This document shows positions 28,214 to 36,154 of a stretch of DNA of 45,753 bases, one piece after another (position 1 is the stretch's first letter; the number at the start of each line of letters is the position of its first letter). A model generated the notes under the pieces. It was not told the origin of the DNA, did not search any database, and was given only the letters and a program-made list of their open reading frames with translations. The DNA is from Candidatus Bathyarchaeia archaeon (lineage in GTDB: Archaea > Thermoproteota > Bathyarchaeia > Bathyarchaeales > Bathycorpusculaceae): contig JBGQME010000016.1 of NCBI GenBank assembly GCA_041500425.1, forward strand, positions 1 through 45,753, given 5' to 3'. The position numbers and the translations under genes were made by a program.

Positions 28214-29179
28214 ATGCCGCAAGTTGTAGAATGGAAGAACCCAGGCGCAGAAGACATTCTCTGGAAGTACCCCGACGAGGAGCTCACATGGGGCGCTCAG
28301 CTAACCGTGCACGAGTATGAGGTTGCGGTCTTCTTCAGAGATGGCAAGGCTTATGATGTGTTCAATGCTGGAAGACATCAATTAACAACGTTGAATTTGC
28401 CGGTTTTGACGAAGTTGCTGACGCGCATTGCTGGCTTCAAGGAGAAGCCTTTCAAGGCAAGCGCCATTTTCATTTCAACGAAGGTTTTCGCTGGAAAGTA
28501 TGGAACACAGGCACAGACCACGGAGCTTGCACCGCTAAAAGTGTTCGGTTCATTCTGGTTCAAGGTTGAAAGCCCAGAACTGTTCGTCAATGAAGTTGTT
28601 GGTGGACAAAACGCCTACACTTCTGAAGATGTCAACAACTATTTGCGCGGGTTCTTGAACGAGAAAATGATCGATGAGCTTTCACACTATGACTTGCTAA
28701 CCGTTTTCACACGGCTTGACGAGACATCGGTGATTGTCAAAAACGCAATCCTTGACTACTTTAAGCGGATCGGCTTAGAACTGACTGATTTGAAGTTTGA
28801 GGGCATAGACACGACGCCGGAGTATCGTGAACGGCTGTTCTGGTTGAGAACTGGAAAGGCCGCGCCTGAAGAAGTTCTGCGAATGGAGACAATCAAGAAG
28901 GCTGCGGAAGAGCTTGGAAAGTCGTCTGGAGCGGGGTTGGGCACGGGTATGGTGCTTATTCCGCAGGTGATGACTCCTACTGGTCCAGCGCAAGCGCCGG
29001 CTGCTGCTTTGGTTATCTGTCCGAAGTGCAACGCACATATTCCTGCAACATCGAAGTTCTGCCCCGAATGCGGAACGGTGATTACTCCGCCATCTAGCGG
29101 GACGATGGCTTGCCCGAAGTGTGGCAAGACTATTCCGTCATCTTCGAAGTTCTGTCCAGAATGCGGCGAGAAAATCTAG
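28214..29179 (+). CDS. SPFH/Band_7_1-family protein (the so-called virion core protein family) with a C-terminal tandem zinc-ribbon.
   Basis: The N-terminus MPQVVEWKNPGAEDILWKYPDEELTWGAQLTVHEYEVAVFFRDGKAYDVFNAGRH matches the Band_7_1 family. The C-terminus has two CPKC..13 aa..CPECG zinc ribbons after a Gly-rich linker. Confidence 0.7.
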   Translation: MPQVVEWKNPGAEDILWKYPDEELTWGAQLTVHEYEVAVFFRDGKAYDVFNAGRHQLTTLNLPVLTKLLTRIAGFKEKPFKASAIFISTKVFAGKYGTQAQTTELAPLKVFGSFWFKVESPELFVNEVVGGQNAYTSEDVNNYLRGFLNEKMIDELSHYDLLTVFTRLDETSVIVKNAILDYFKRIGLELTDLKFEGIDTTPEYRERLFWLRTGKAAPEEVLRMETIKKAAEELGKSSGAGLGTGMVLIPQVMTPTGPAQAPAAALVICPKCNAHIPATSKFCPECGTVITPPSSGTMACPKCGKTIPSSSKFCPECGEKI

Positions 29180-29198
29180 GTGCGGAGGTGGCCGTTAA

Positions 29199-29537
29199 AT
29201 GGCTGAGCGGAGTTTGCTTTCGATTGGCATACTTCTGGCAATTGTGGTGGTCAGTATACTTCTTTATCAGCCTCTGCAAGTCATAAAAGACTGGACTTTG
29301 ACTCTGCCATTGATAGTCTTGCTGTCTGGTCTTTGGGCGATGGTGCTTTCTGGTATGCGGTCTTCTAGCCCTCAGAAATATGAACGCGGAGCGTTTAGCA
29401 CTCTTTCGTGGGGTTTGCTGCTTGTTGCGATTGGCGGTGCTTGGTTCCTGTACGGCTATGGCTGGTACTACTCGTTGATAGTGATACTGCTTGCGCTTGC
29501 TGGCTTAGCGATTGCTGCTTCCCTGAAACGGAAATAG
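29199..29537 (+). CDS. Small integral membrane protein (3-4 TM).
   Basis: 112 aa and almost entirely hydrophobic helices. It is the last gene of the tight cluster, before lysS. Confidence 0.5.
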   Translation: MAERSLLSIGILLAIVVVSILLYQPLQVIKDWTLTLPLIVLLSGLWAMVLSGMRSSSPQKYERGAFSTLSWGLLLVAIGGAWFLYGYGWYYSLIVILLALAGLAIAASLKRK

Positions 29538-29573
29538 CCTTCAGTATTTCTTCTAAACCTTTTTCTATTCTCT

Positions 29574-31214
29574 ATGCAGTTAATGCTAGCAGAGGCCAAA
29601 TGCATCATGAGCGAGAAGACGATCGGTCGCGGTACATGGTATGACAAGATGGCTGCAAAGATCACTGAGAGAGAGGGAAAGCTAGGCAGAGACATGGATT
29701 TATTGAGAACAGAGATGGGCATTGCAGCTTCTGGTTTCCCGCATATTGGCAACTTGAGCGACGCGGCCAGGTCTTTCACCGTGACCTTAGCGTTGAGAGA
29801 GCAAGGCTTCAATTCTGAGCTTATCGCTTTTGCCGATGACAAGGATGGCTTAAGAAAGGTTCCGGCTGGAATGCCCGAGTCTCTGGAACAGCATTTGGGT
29901 AGGCCAGTGACCGATATTCCGGATATTTTCGGTTGCCACAAGAGCTACGGGGAACACATGACGTTGCTGGTTCGGGAAGGCATGGACAAGTGCGGTATCG
30001 AGTACAAGTTCATGTCGGCCACAGAAGTTTACAAAAGCGGGTTGTTTGACAACGAGATCAGAACCATTCTTCTGAATGCAAAGAAAATAGGAGAGATTAT
30101 GAGAGAGGAGGTTGGACAAGAAAAGTTTCTGGAAATTCTGCCTTATTTCGCGGTCTGCGAGAACTGCGGTCGAATTTACACGACTAAGACTTATGATTTT
30201 CTGCCCAAGGAGAACAAGGTTCTGTACGCGTGTGAGGGGATGGAGGTCAAAGGGCGGTGGCTGGAGGGCTGCGGGCATAAGGGTGAGATGGATTACAGGA
30301 AGGGTGAGGGGAAGCTAACCTGGAAGGGCGAGTTTGCGGTTCGTTGGAAGGCTTTGGACATTAGGTTTGAAGCTTTTGGGAAGGAGGTTGCTGATTCGGC
30401 GCGCGTGAATGATCGCATATGCCGAGAAATACTCGATTGGGAGCCGCCATCTCATGCGAAGTACGAGTTGTTTTTGGACAAGAGTGGCAAGAGAATGTCA
30501 AAGTCTGCTGGAGTAGGTCTCACTCCGCAAACGTGGTTCAAGTACGGTTCTCCAACTTCCCTCATGTTGCTGATGCTGAAGCGGTTTGTTGGTACGCGAG
30601 CGTTAGACGTGACTGATGTGCCGATTTACATGAATGAGCTGGGTGATCTGGAATACGTATACTTCGGTAAGAAACAGGCAAAGAGCGAAAGAGAACTTGT
30701 CAAGCTTCGGGGTTTGTACGAGTACTGCAGGGCTTTAGAGCCGCCTAAGAAGCCAAGCGTTAACGTGCCTTACAACTTGATGACGTTTCTTGTCAGGGTG
30801 GCTCCCAAAGGCAACGAAGAAGAGTACATAACCGAGAAGCTTCGCAGCTATGGCTACTTGCAGAAGAATCAGACTCTAGACGAGGATGTGAAAAGGCGAA
30901 TTGAGTATGCGTCTAATTGGATTAGGGATTTTGAGGAGATAAAAGAAACCGCAGTCACCCTCAGCGGTGATGAGAAAAAAGCTGTGGCAGAGTTGATAGA
31001 GGTGTTGAAGATCGAGGATGAATCTGAGAAGATACAGAACGCCGTGTTCAACATCGCTAAGAAACACAAGCTACAGGCAGGCAGTTTCTTCAAGGTTCTC
31101 TACAGTGTGCTGTTGGGGACCCTGCAGGGGCCCAGATTGGGTCCGTACATTCTTGCAATGGGAAAAGAGAACGTCACTGATGCCCTGCAAAGAGCATTAA
31201 GCCAACGCGAATAG
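29574..31214 (+). CDS. lysS: Lysyl-tRNA synthetase, class I (LysK-type).
   Basis: HIGH-type motif PHIGN. KMSKS-type motif RMSKSAGVG. The class I LysRS architecture is present. The start is likely the internal Met MSEKTIG (29598). Confidence 0.95.
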   Translation: MQLMLAEAKCIMSEKTIGRGTWYDKMAAKITEREGKLGRDMDLLRTEMGIAASGFPHIGNLSDAARSFTVTLALREQGFNSELIAFADDKDGLRKVPAGMPESLEQHLGRPVTDIPDIFGCHKSYGEHMTLLVREGMDKCGIEYKFMSATEVYKSGLFDNEIRTILLNAKKIGEIMREEVGQEKFLEILPYFAVCENCGRIYTTKTYDFLPKENKVLYACEGMEVKGRWLEGCGHKGEMDYRKGEGKLTWKGEFAVRWKALDIRFEAFGKEVADSARVNDRICREILDWEPPSHAKYELFLDKSGKRMSKSAGVGLTPQTWFKYGSPTSLMLLMLKRFVGTRALDVTDVPIYMNELGDLEYVYFGKKQAKSERELVKLRGLYEYCRALEPPKKPSVNVPYNLMTFLVRVAPKGNEEEYITEKLRSYGYLQKNQTLDEDVKRRIEYASNWIRDFEEIKETAVTLSGDEKKAVAELIEVLKIEDESEKIQNAVFNIAKKHKLQAGSFFKVLYSVLLGTLQGPRLGPYILAMGKENVTDALQRALSQRE

Positions 31215-31261
31215 TCTGGTAAACCCTTTTATTACGATTATCGTATTTCTCGTATCGTGTG

Positions 31262-31325
31262 GCCCGTAGTCTAGGCTGTACTCAGACTAGAGTGGAGATA
31301 TCACCCGCAACTCCTTCTTTTTTGG
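31262..31325 (+). repeat. tRNA-Arg 5'-like fragment plus the conserved GGAGATATCACCCGC motif upstream of beta-helix paralog 1.
   Basis: GGCCCGTAGTCTAGGCTG matches the first 18 nt of tRNA-Arg (GGGCCCGTAGTCTAGTCTGG). It is followed by TACTCAGACTAGAGTGGAGATATCACCCGC. The homologous copy lies at 35845..35900. Confidence 0.5.
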
Positions 31326-31467
31326 CTTTGACTCCTACATTTAAGCAATGGCAAATCCATGCGCGCGCTATGAAAGGAAGGTCTGAAGCCTTTCTTGCGG
31401 TTGTTGTTCGTTTTGTCTATTAGAAGATTCTTTCAGAAACGTTATTTAGTGGTTGAACTGATTATAG

Positions 31468-31704
31468 TTGGGGGAGAGGGAATTGTTGAACAAGGTTATT
31501 TCTTGGGCAATGCTCGCGATGCTTCTTGCTGCGGGCTTGGTTTTGGTTCTTAAGACACCGGTAGTCAAAGCGACTGATACCATCTATATTAGGGCTGACG
31601 GCTCAATAGACCCACCCACAGCACCAATGCAACAAAATGCGAACAATCACACTTTGGCCAGTGATGGTTTCACATTGCAAGGTTCAGAAGGAAAGGAGAA
31701 ATGA
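31468..31704 (+). CDS. Small secreted protein, or an N-terminal remnant of a beta-helix/dockerin paralog (signal peptide plus the TIYIRADGSIDPPTAP motif).
   Basis: 78 aa. It has a hydrophobic signal-like N-terminus and the same TIYIRADGSIDPPTAP motif that opens the paralog at 36155. The TGA overlaps the ATG of the next ORF (ATGA). Confidence 0.4.
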   Translation: MGERELLNKVISWAMLAMLLAAGLVLVLKTPVVKATDTIYIRADGSIDPPTAPMQQNANNHTLASDGFTLQGSEGKEK

Positions 31705-34490
31705 TTGGGAAAGCCGCATCGGTAATGATGTGCGTATCGCTGCTAATAAGCATGCTAACCATTGCATTAGACATAAAACCAGTTGAAGCGAACCCAGCAA
31801 TTATTAATGTGCCCGAAGACTGCTCAACCATACAGGCAGCCATAAATACGGCAAATCTAGGAGATACAATTAATGTATCTTCAGGAACATACCGTGAGAA
31901 CGTGGTTCTGAACAAGACAGTTTCGCTCATCGGGGAGAACAAGCACAACACTGTTATTGATGGAAGCGGCACTGGAAACGTGATTAATGTAACAGCTAAC
32001 GACGTCAGCATAAGCGGCTTCACGATAAGAAACAGTGGGACATTATCATGGGTCGATTGCGGTATCCATGTTTACTACCAAAGCTATGGTAACAACATAA
32101 GCGACAACATTTTGACAAATAACTCAGTAGGAGTTTTCCTCGACGGTAGCAGGAACAATGCCCTTGCTAATAACTATGCCGAATCAAACTGGCCCATAGA
32201 TATTTGCCTCTTCTGTTCCGATAACAATGTCCTTGCTGGTAACGATGTCAAGTCAATCGGTATGGGTGGTTCTAACAATAATATTCTGATTGGCAACAAC
32301 GCTTCTTCAAACATCGGCGGGATCGGAATTCAAGCGGGCGGCTTCAATAACACTTATATTAACAACACTGCGTCAAACAACCGGATAGGAATTCGTCTCT
32401 CAGGTTGCAACAATGTCCTTATGGGTAATAACGTCTCATTCAACGACGAGGCTGGAATACACCTCATGACTGAGCCAAATCCGGAAACGCCATGCGAACA
32501 CAACATTCTTATTGGGAACATAGCCTCAAACACCCTCTCAGTATGGGGTGACGGAATCCGTGTCGATTTTTGCAACAACAACACCATTACTAATAACGTC
32601 GTTTCCTCAAACAACGGTTATGGAATTGACCTATCCGGTTCCAGTAATGACACCATCACCAACAACACCATTTTATTGAACAACCAAGCTGGGATCAGGC
32701 TCGGCACTTATGGAGAAGCTGTAAATGATAGATACTTCAGCAAAAACAACACCCTTATCGGAAATACTATTTCCTCAAACTATTATTATGGGATCTTGCT
32801 TGAACGTTCTAACGGTAACAAGGTTTTCCACAACGAGTTCATCAATAATATGGCTGTTCAAGCAATCTCAGCCTCACCTGAGTATGTAAACACATGGGAT
32901 GATGGTTACCCTTCTGGCGGCAACTATTGGAGCGACTATACTGGCGCGGACTTGTACAGTGGTCTTTATCAAAATGAGATAGGTCATGATGGAATAGGCG
33001 ACACACCATACGTTATCGATTCAAACAACCAAGATAATTATCCGCTTGTGAAGCCTTGGGAATTCATTGGCAATGAGACTATCTACATTAGGGCAGATGG
33101 AAGCGTTTATCCTTCAGGTGCTCCAGTCCATCGAGAGGAAGACCTCTACGCCTTGACTGACAGCATCACCAGTGACGCTGATGGAATCGTCGTTGAGAGG
33201 AATGATATTATATTCGATGGTGGAGGCTATAGTATTCAGGGATATGGAGTCGGAAACGGCTTTAGCTTGTTTGGCATACACAACTTCACCCTCGAGAACA
33301 CGAACATCCAAAGCTTCATGAATGGTACGTGCCTAGTTTCTTCTTCGAATAACACCATAATACGGAACAACATAACAGACACCTTGATGGGATTTTTCCT
33401 CAGTTCTTCTTTCAACAACACGCTTTCTGGAAACAATGTGACAGCGAACGTGGGATACGGAGTCTGGGGTATCAGTTCTTCATACAACGATGTGAGTGAG
33501 AACATCATAGCAACAAAAGACAGAATCTATTCCGGCATCGCTTTCTGCTCGTCTTCGAACAACACTATGATGTCAAACGATGTAACCGGCAACTCTGAGG
33601 GCATTCGGCTTGAAGGTTCTTCAAACTGCAGCATTGTTGGGAACAGCATAACAGCAAATGCAGTTGGCATCCAACTTTCTGATTCTTCAGACTCAAACAT
33701 TTTCTTCGAAAACAGCATAGTAGACAACTCATTCGGGATTCGGTTCATTTCATTACCCGATTCCTTGCCATGTTCTGGCAACAAGTTCTATCACAACAAC
33801 CTTGCAAACAACGCACAGCAGGTCGAACTATCTACGTCGAGCGCAATCGCAACCGTTTGGGATGATGGTTATCCTAGTGGCGGAAACTACTGGAGCGACT
33901 ACAATGGTGCAGACTTGCACAATGGGCCTCACCAGGACGTGACTGGCAGCGACGGTGTTGGAGACACACCCTATGTCATTGATGGAGTTAATCAAGACAA
34001 CTATCCATTCATGAGTCTGAACGGGTGGCTAACCTATCCGATATCAACTGAAAGCAACGTCACAATAACCGATATGAGGGCTGACGAATACTCTCTAAAC
34101 TTTACAGCCTCCGGCCCTATAGGGGAGACGGGCTACGTCAACGCCACTGTGCCAGTGGGACTTAACGCCACCGACATCACAGTATTCGTAGACGACGTTC
34201 AACCGAGCCCACCATTTCCAACAATCACCTCTAACGGCACACACTACTTCGTCTACTTCGAATTCACCCTCAGCACCCACGACATTAGCATACAGTATAA
34301 ACGCACAATTCTAGGCGACGTAAATGCAGACGGTGTCGTTGACAGCACCGATCTTGGCATACTAGGCAGTGCATGGGGCTCCTTCAAAGGTGATCCAAAC
34401 TACATTTCAGAAGCAGACATCAACGAAGACAGCGTAGTAGACTCAAGCGATCTAGGCATTATGGGCGCCCACTGGGGCGAAACCGAATAA
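31701..34490 (+). CDS. Large secreted right-handed parallel beta-helix (NosD/PbH1-repeat) protein with a C-terminal dockerin domain.
   Basis: 929 aa. It has a signal peptide and the beta-helix N-cap IINVPEDCSTIQAAINTANLGDTINVSSGTYRENVVL. It contains dozens of NN..xGN imperfect about 22-aa repeats. The module YPSGGNYWSDY.GADL...GDTPYVID..NQDNYP appears twice. The C-terminus GDVNADGVVDSTDLGIL...ADINEDSVVDSSDLGIMGAHWGETE is dockerin-type Ca-binding repeats. Confidence 0.85.
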   Translation: MIGKAASVMMCVSLLISMLTIALDIKPVEANPAIINVPEDCSTIQAAINTANLGDTINVSSGTYRENVVLNKTVSLIGENKHNTVIDGSGTGNVINVTANDVSISGFTIRNSGTLSWVDCGIHVYYQSYGNNISDNILTNNSVGVFLDGSRNNALANNYAESNWPIDICLFCSDNNVLAGNDVKSIGMGGSNNNILIGNNASSNIGGIGIQAGGFNNTYINNTASNNRIGIRLSGCNNVLMGNNVSFNDEAGIHLMTEPNPETPCEHNILIGNIASNTLSVWGDGIRVDFCNNNTITNNVVSSNNGYGIDLSGSSNDTITNNTILLNNQAGIRLGTYGEAVNDRYFSKNNTLIGNTISSNYYYGILLERSNGNKVFHNEFINNMAVQAISASPEYVNTWDDGYPSGGNYWSDYTGADLYSGLYQNEIGHDGIGDTPYVIDSNNQDNYPLVKPWEFIGNETIYIRADGSVYPSGAPVHREEDLYALTDSITSDADGIVVERNDIIFDGGGYSIQGYGVGNGFSLFGIHNFTLENTNIQSFMNGTCLVSSSNNTIIRNNITDTLMGFFLSSSFNNTLSGNNVTANVGYGVWGISSSYNDVSENIIATKDRIYSGIAFCSSSNNTMMSNDVTGNSEGIRLEGSSNCSIVGNSITANAVGIQLSDSSDSNIFFENSIVDNSFGIRFISLPDSLPCSGNKFYHNNLANNAQQVELSTSSAIATVWDDGYPSGGNYWSDYNGADLHNGPHQDVTGSDGVGDTPYVIDGVNQDNYPFMSLNGWLTYPISTESNVTITDMRADEYSLNFTASGPIGETGYVNATVPVGLNATDITVFVDDVQPSPPFPTITSNGTHYFVYFEFTLSTHDISIQYKRTILGDVNADGVVDSTDLGILGSAWGSFKGDPNYISEADINEDSVVDSSDLGIMGAHWGETE

Positions 34491-34509
34491 CCCCGAACAC
34501 GTCCTGAAT

Positions 34510-34815
34510 TCACGGCTTCTGCCAGAACAGGTAGACTTTCGTCTGCAACAGAAAGCCACAGGTTTTGATGAGCGTTGCCAGTTGCTCAACGCTGGCGTTC
34601 CTCACCTTCTTATCATAGAGCTTTGTGTCCCCGTAGGGCATGCCACCGACGAAGACTTTGAAAAACCGTGGATGCTTGTACTTAATCAACGCAGTTCTGA
34701 CAGCTTTCTCCTCTGTAGGCCTAAACTCCCCAAGCTTCCTCATAACGTAGCTGTGGCTGCCGAGCAGTTCAAGATTAAATCCGAGCCCTTTGAGAATATC
34801 TGCGAGCTTCAGCAC
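34510..34815 (-). CDS. HicA/YcfA-like small protein (GSH motif), paralog 1.
   Basis: 101 aa. LKGLGFNLELLGSHSYV resembles the HicA motif L..GF....R.GSH..Y. The C-terminus ...VEQLATLIKTCGF is like the HicA tail. It is about 90% identical to 38181..38468. Confidence 0.4.
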   Translation of the reverse strand: MLKLADILKGLGFNLELLGSHSYVMRKLGEFRPTEEKAVRTALIKYKHPRFFKVFVGGMPYGDTKLYDKKVRNASVEQLATLIKTCGFLLQTKVYLFWQKP

Positions 34816-34975
34816 CTGCTGGATCGGCGTCTGCTCAGCGCGCGCTTAGTGCACCTCGTGGAACTCGGCTTCTAATACGTGACAGGTGAGTACGATGACG
34901 GCGGAAAGCTGTTTAAGAAGAAAAAGCTGTTATATCTCGGCTCGCAGACCTCAGAAGGGTAGTAGTCCAGGTGAA

Positions 34976-35087
34976 AGGGCCCGTAGTCTAGTCTGGATAC
35001 CAGTGTCCTCCTCACTTTTTCCAGAGGTTTGGATTAGGACACTGGCCTGCGGAGCCGGAGATCCTGGGTTCAAATCCCAGCGGGCCC
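34976..35087 (+). tRNA. tRNA-Arg (anticodon GCG) with a roughly 37-nt non-canonical intron in the D-loop.
   Basis: The 112-nt locus folds as acceptor GGGCCCG/CGGGCCC (discriminator G), D-stem GTCT/GGAC, anticodon stem CTGGC/GCCGG, anticodon loop C-U-GCG-G-A, variable loop AGATC, T-arm CTGGG-TTCAAAT-CCCAG. The D-loop is 47 nt, against 8-11 normally. It contains a 10-bp inverted repeat CCAGTGTCCT...AGGACACTGG. UGGAU is duplicated at both exon junction candidates. Confidence 0.75.
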
Positions 35088-35118
35088 GCTACTCTATGCT
35101 TTTCTACGTTCTTTTCTC

Positions 35119-35484
35119 TTGAAAATCAGTCAATACGGATACCCCCATTATGGTTTTCAGATCGTTGGATTTCAGCTTCGTTGTAAAGTCTTAAGTGTCA
35201 TCAATGGGCATTTTGTGTCTGGGTTGTCGCTGATGAGTGCTGTGGCGTTTGATGGAACTGAGGTTTTGCTCACCGAGGAGAGGTGGAAACATATTGTTTT
35301 GAGGCATCCGGAGTTGGAGGATAAATTGTCTTTGGTTGTGAATGCGGTTGCCAGCCCTGAAGTTTATCTTGATGCAGGTGGAGCGTTTCACGTTTTGAAA
35401 AGGCTTTCTAATGAAGTGTCTGATTATCTTGTGGTGATCTATTTCAAGGAACATGGAGAAGGCTATATAAGAACGGCTTACTAG
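35119..35484 (+). CDS. DUF4258-like putative toxin.
   Basis: The probable start is the internal Met (MSAVAFDGTEVLLTEERWKHIVLRHPE...). The H....RH motif and the size fit DUF4258. A DUF2283-like gene follows. Confidence 0.45.
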   Translation: MKISQYGYPHYGFQIVGFQLRCKVLSVINGHFVSGLSLMSAVAFDGTEVLLTEERWKHIVLRHPELEDKLSLVVNAVASPEVYLDAGGAFHVLKRLSNEVSDYLVVIYFKEHGEGYIRTAY

Positions 35485-35561
35485 ACGAGTCATGGAAGAA
35501 AAGTCAGGAGGTATAAGCTATTCAGAAGGTTAAGACCCTCCTAGATATTGATGTCAAAGAA

Positions 35562-35774
35562 GTGTTGGAAAGAATAGAGAAGAAATATCGTGTGAAGTTG
35601 CCACGTAAGGTTATTACTGTTGACTATGGCGACGATGTGGGCGATCTCTTCATTAGGTTTAAGCATGCGAAGACTAGTGAGGGTGAGCCGACTGGGGACG
35701 GGCAAGTGATATTGCATTATGATGAAGACAAGAACATAGTGGCGGTAGAAATTCTGAGCATTGCAGCTCTGTAA
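35562..35774 (+). CDS. DUF2283-like small protein (putative antitoxin partner).
   Basis: 70 aa. ITVDYGDDVGDLFIRF...VAVEIL matches the DUF2283 pattern (I.V.YD.EAD.LYI.F .... IVGIEIL). Confidence 0.5.
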   Translation: MLERIEKKYRVKLPRKVITVDYGDDVGDLFIRFKHAKTSEGEPTGDGQVILHYDEDKNIVAVEILSIAAL

Positions 35775-35844
35775 TCTTGATCTATTGAACTCTTCTATTA
35801 CGATAACCGTTTTTGTTGTGTCAGAGTCCTTGATCTAGGCTGGA

Positions 35845-35900
35845 CTCAGACTTCAGTGGCGATATCTCCCGCGTACCCCCTCTTTTTCTCTTATGCAGAA
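35845..35900 (+). repeat. Second copy of the motif (TCTAGGCTGGACTCAGACTTCAGTGGCGATATCTCCCGC) upstream of beta-helix paralog 2. A third partial copy (CAGTAGAGATATCACCC) is at 35973..35993.
   Basis: It aligns by eye to 31280..31320 with about 80% identity. Both lie about 200-300 nt upstream of the paralogous secreted-protein genes. Confidence 0.5.
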
Positions 35901-35944
35901 AAACTAGAATTTTCTTCTATGACCAGGCCCATGTTTATGCTCTG

Positions 35945-35990
35945 AAGCCGGGTGGGATTCGAACCCCCACCACAGTAGAGATATCACCCA
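35945..35990 (-). other. tRNA-like 3'-half fragment (T-arm GGGGGTTCGAATCCCACC plus acceptor-like tail) without a 5' partner; a pseudo-tRNA remnant.
   Basis: The reverse strand reads GGTGGGGGTTCGAATCCCACCCGGCTTCA. The T-loop consensus GTTCGAATC is perfect. No complementary 5' acceptor strand exists within 150 nt. It lies inside an insertion in the upstream region of the second beta-helix paralog. Confidence 0.3.
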
Positions 35991-36154
35991 AAGTCTAAAC
36001 TATTAGTCGACTTTTCTGCTAATCTGATATACCCAGTTAGAAGTAAGACGACTTTGAATGGAAGCGTTGTGAAGAGGTTGAGCACGCACCGTATAGCTTC
36101 TTACCACAAAGGATATCTAGTGGTTGAACCTATACTAAGACTGGGGGAAGGAAA

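Noticed and set aside
34886-35122. ORF 34886..35122(+) across the tRNA-Arg locus.
   Set aside because: It reads straight through the tRNA-Arg exons and intron, so it is not a protein gene.
35945-36060. Possibility that the T-arm-like GGGGGTTCGAATCCCACC is a complete minus-strand tRNA gene.
   Set aside because: No 5' acceptor strand complementary to CCGGCTT exists within 150 nt, and no D or anticodon arm can be built. It is retained only as a tRNA-like fragment.
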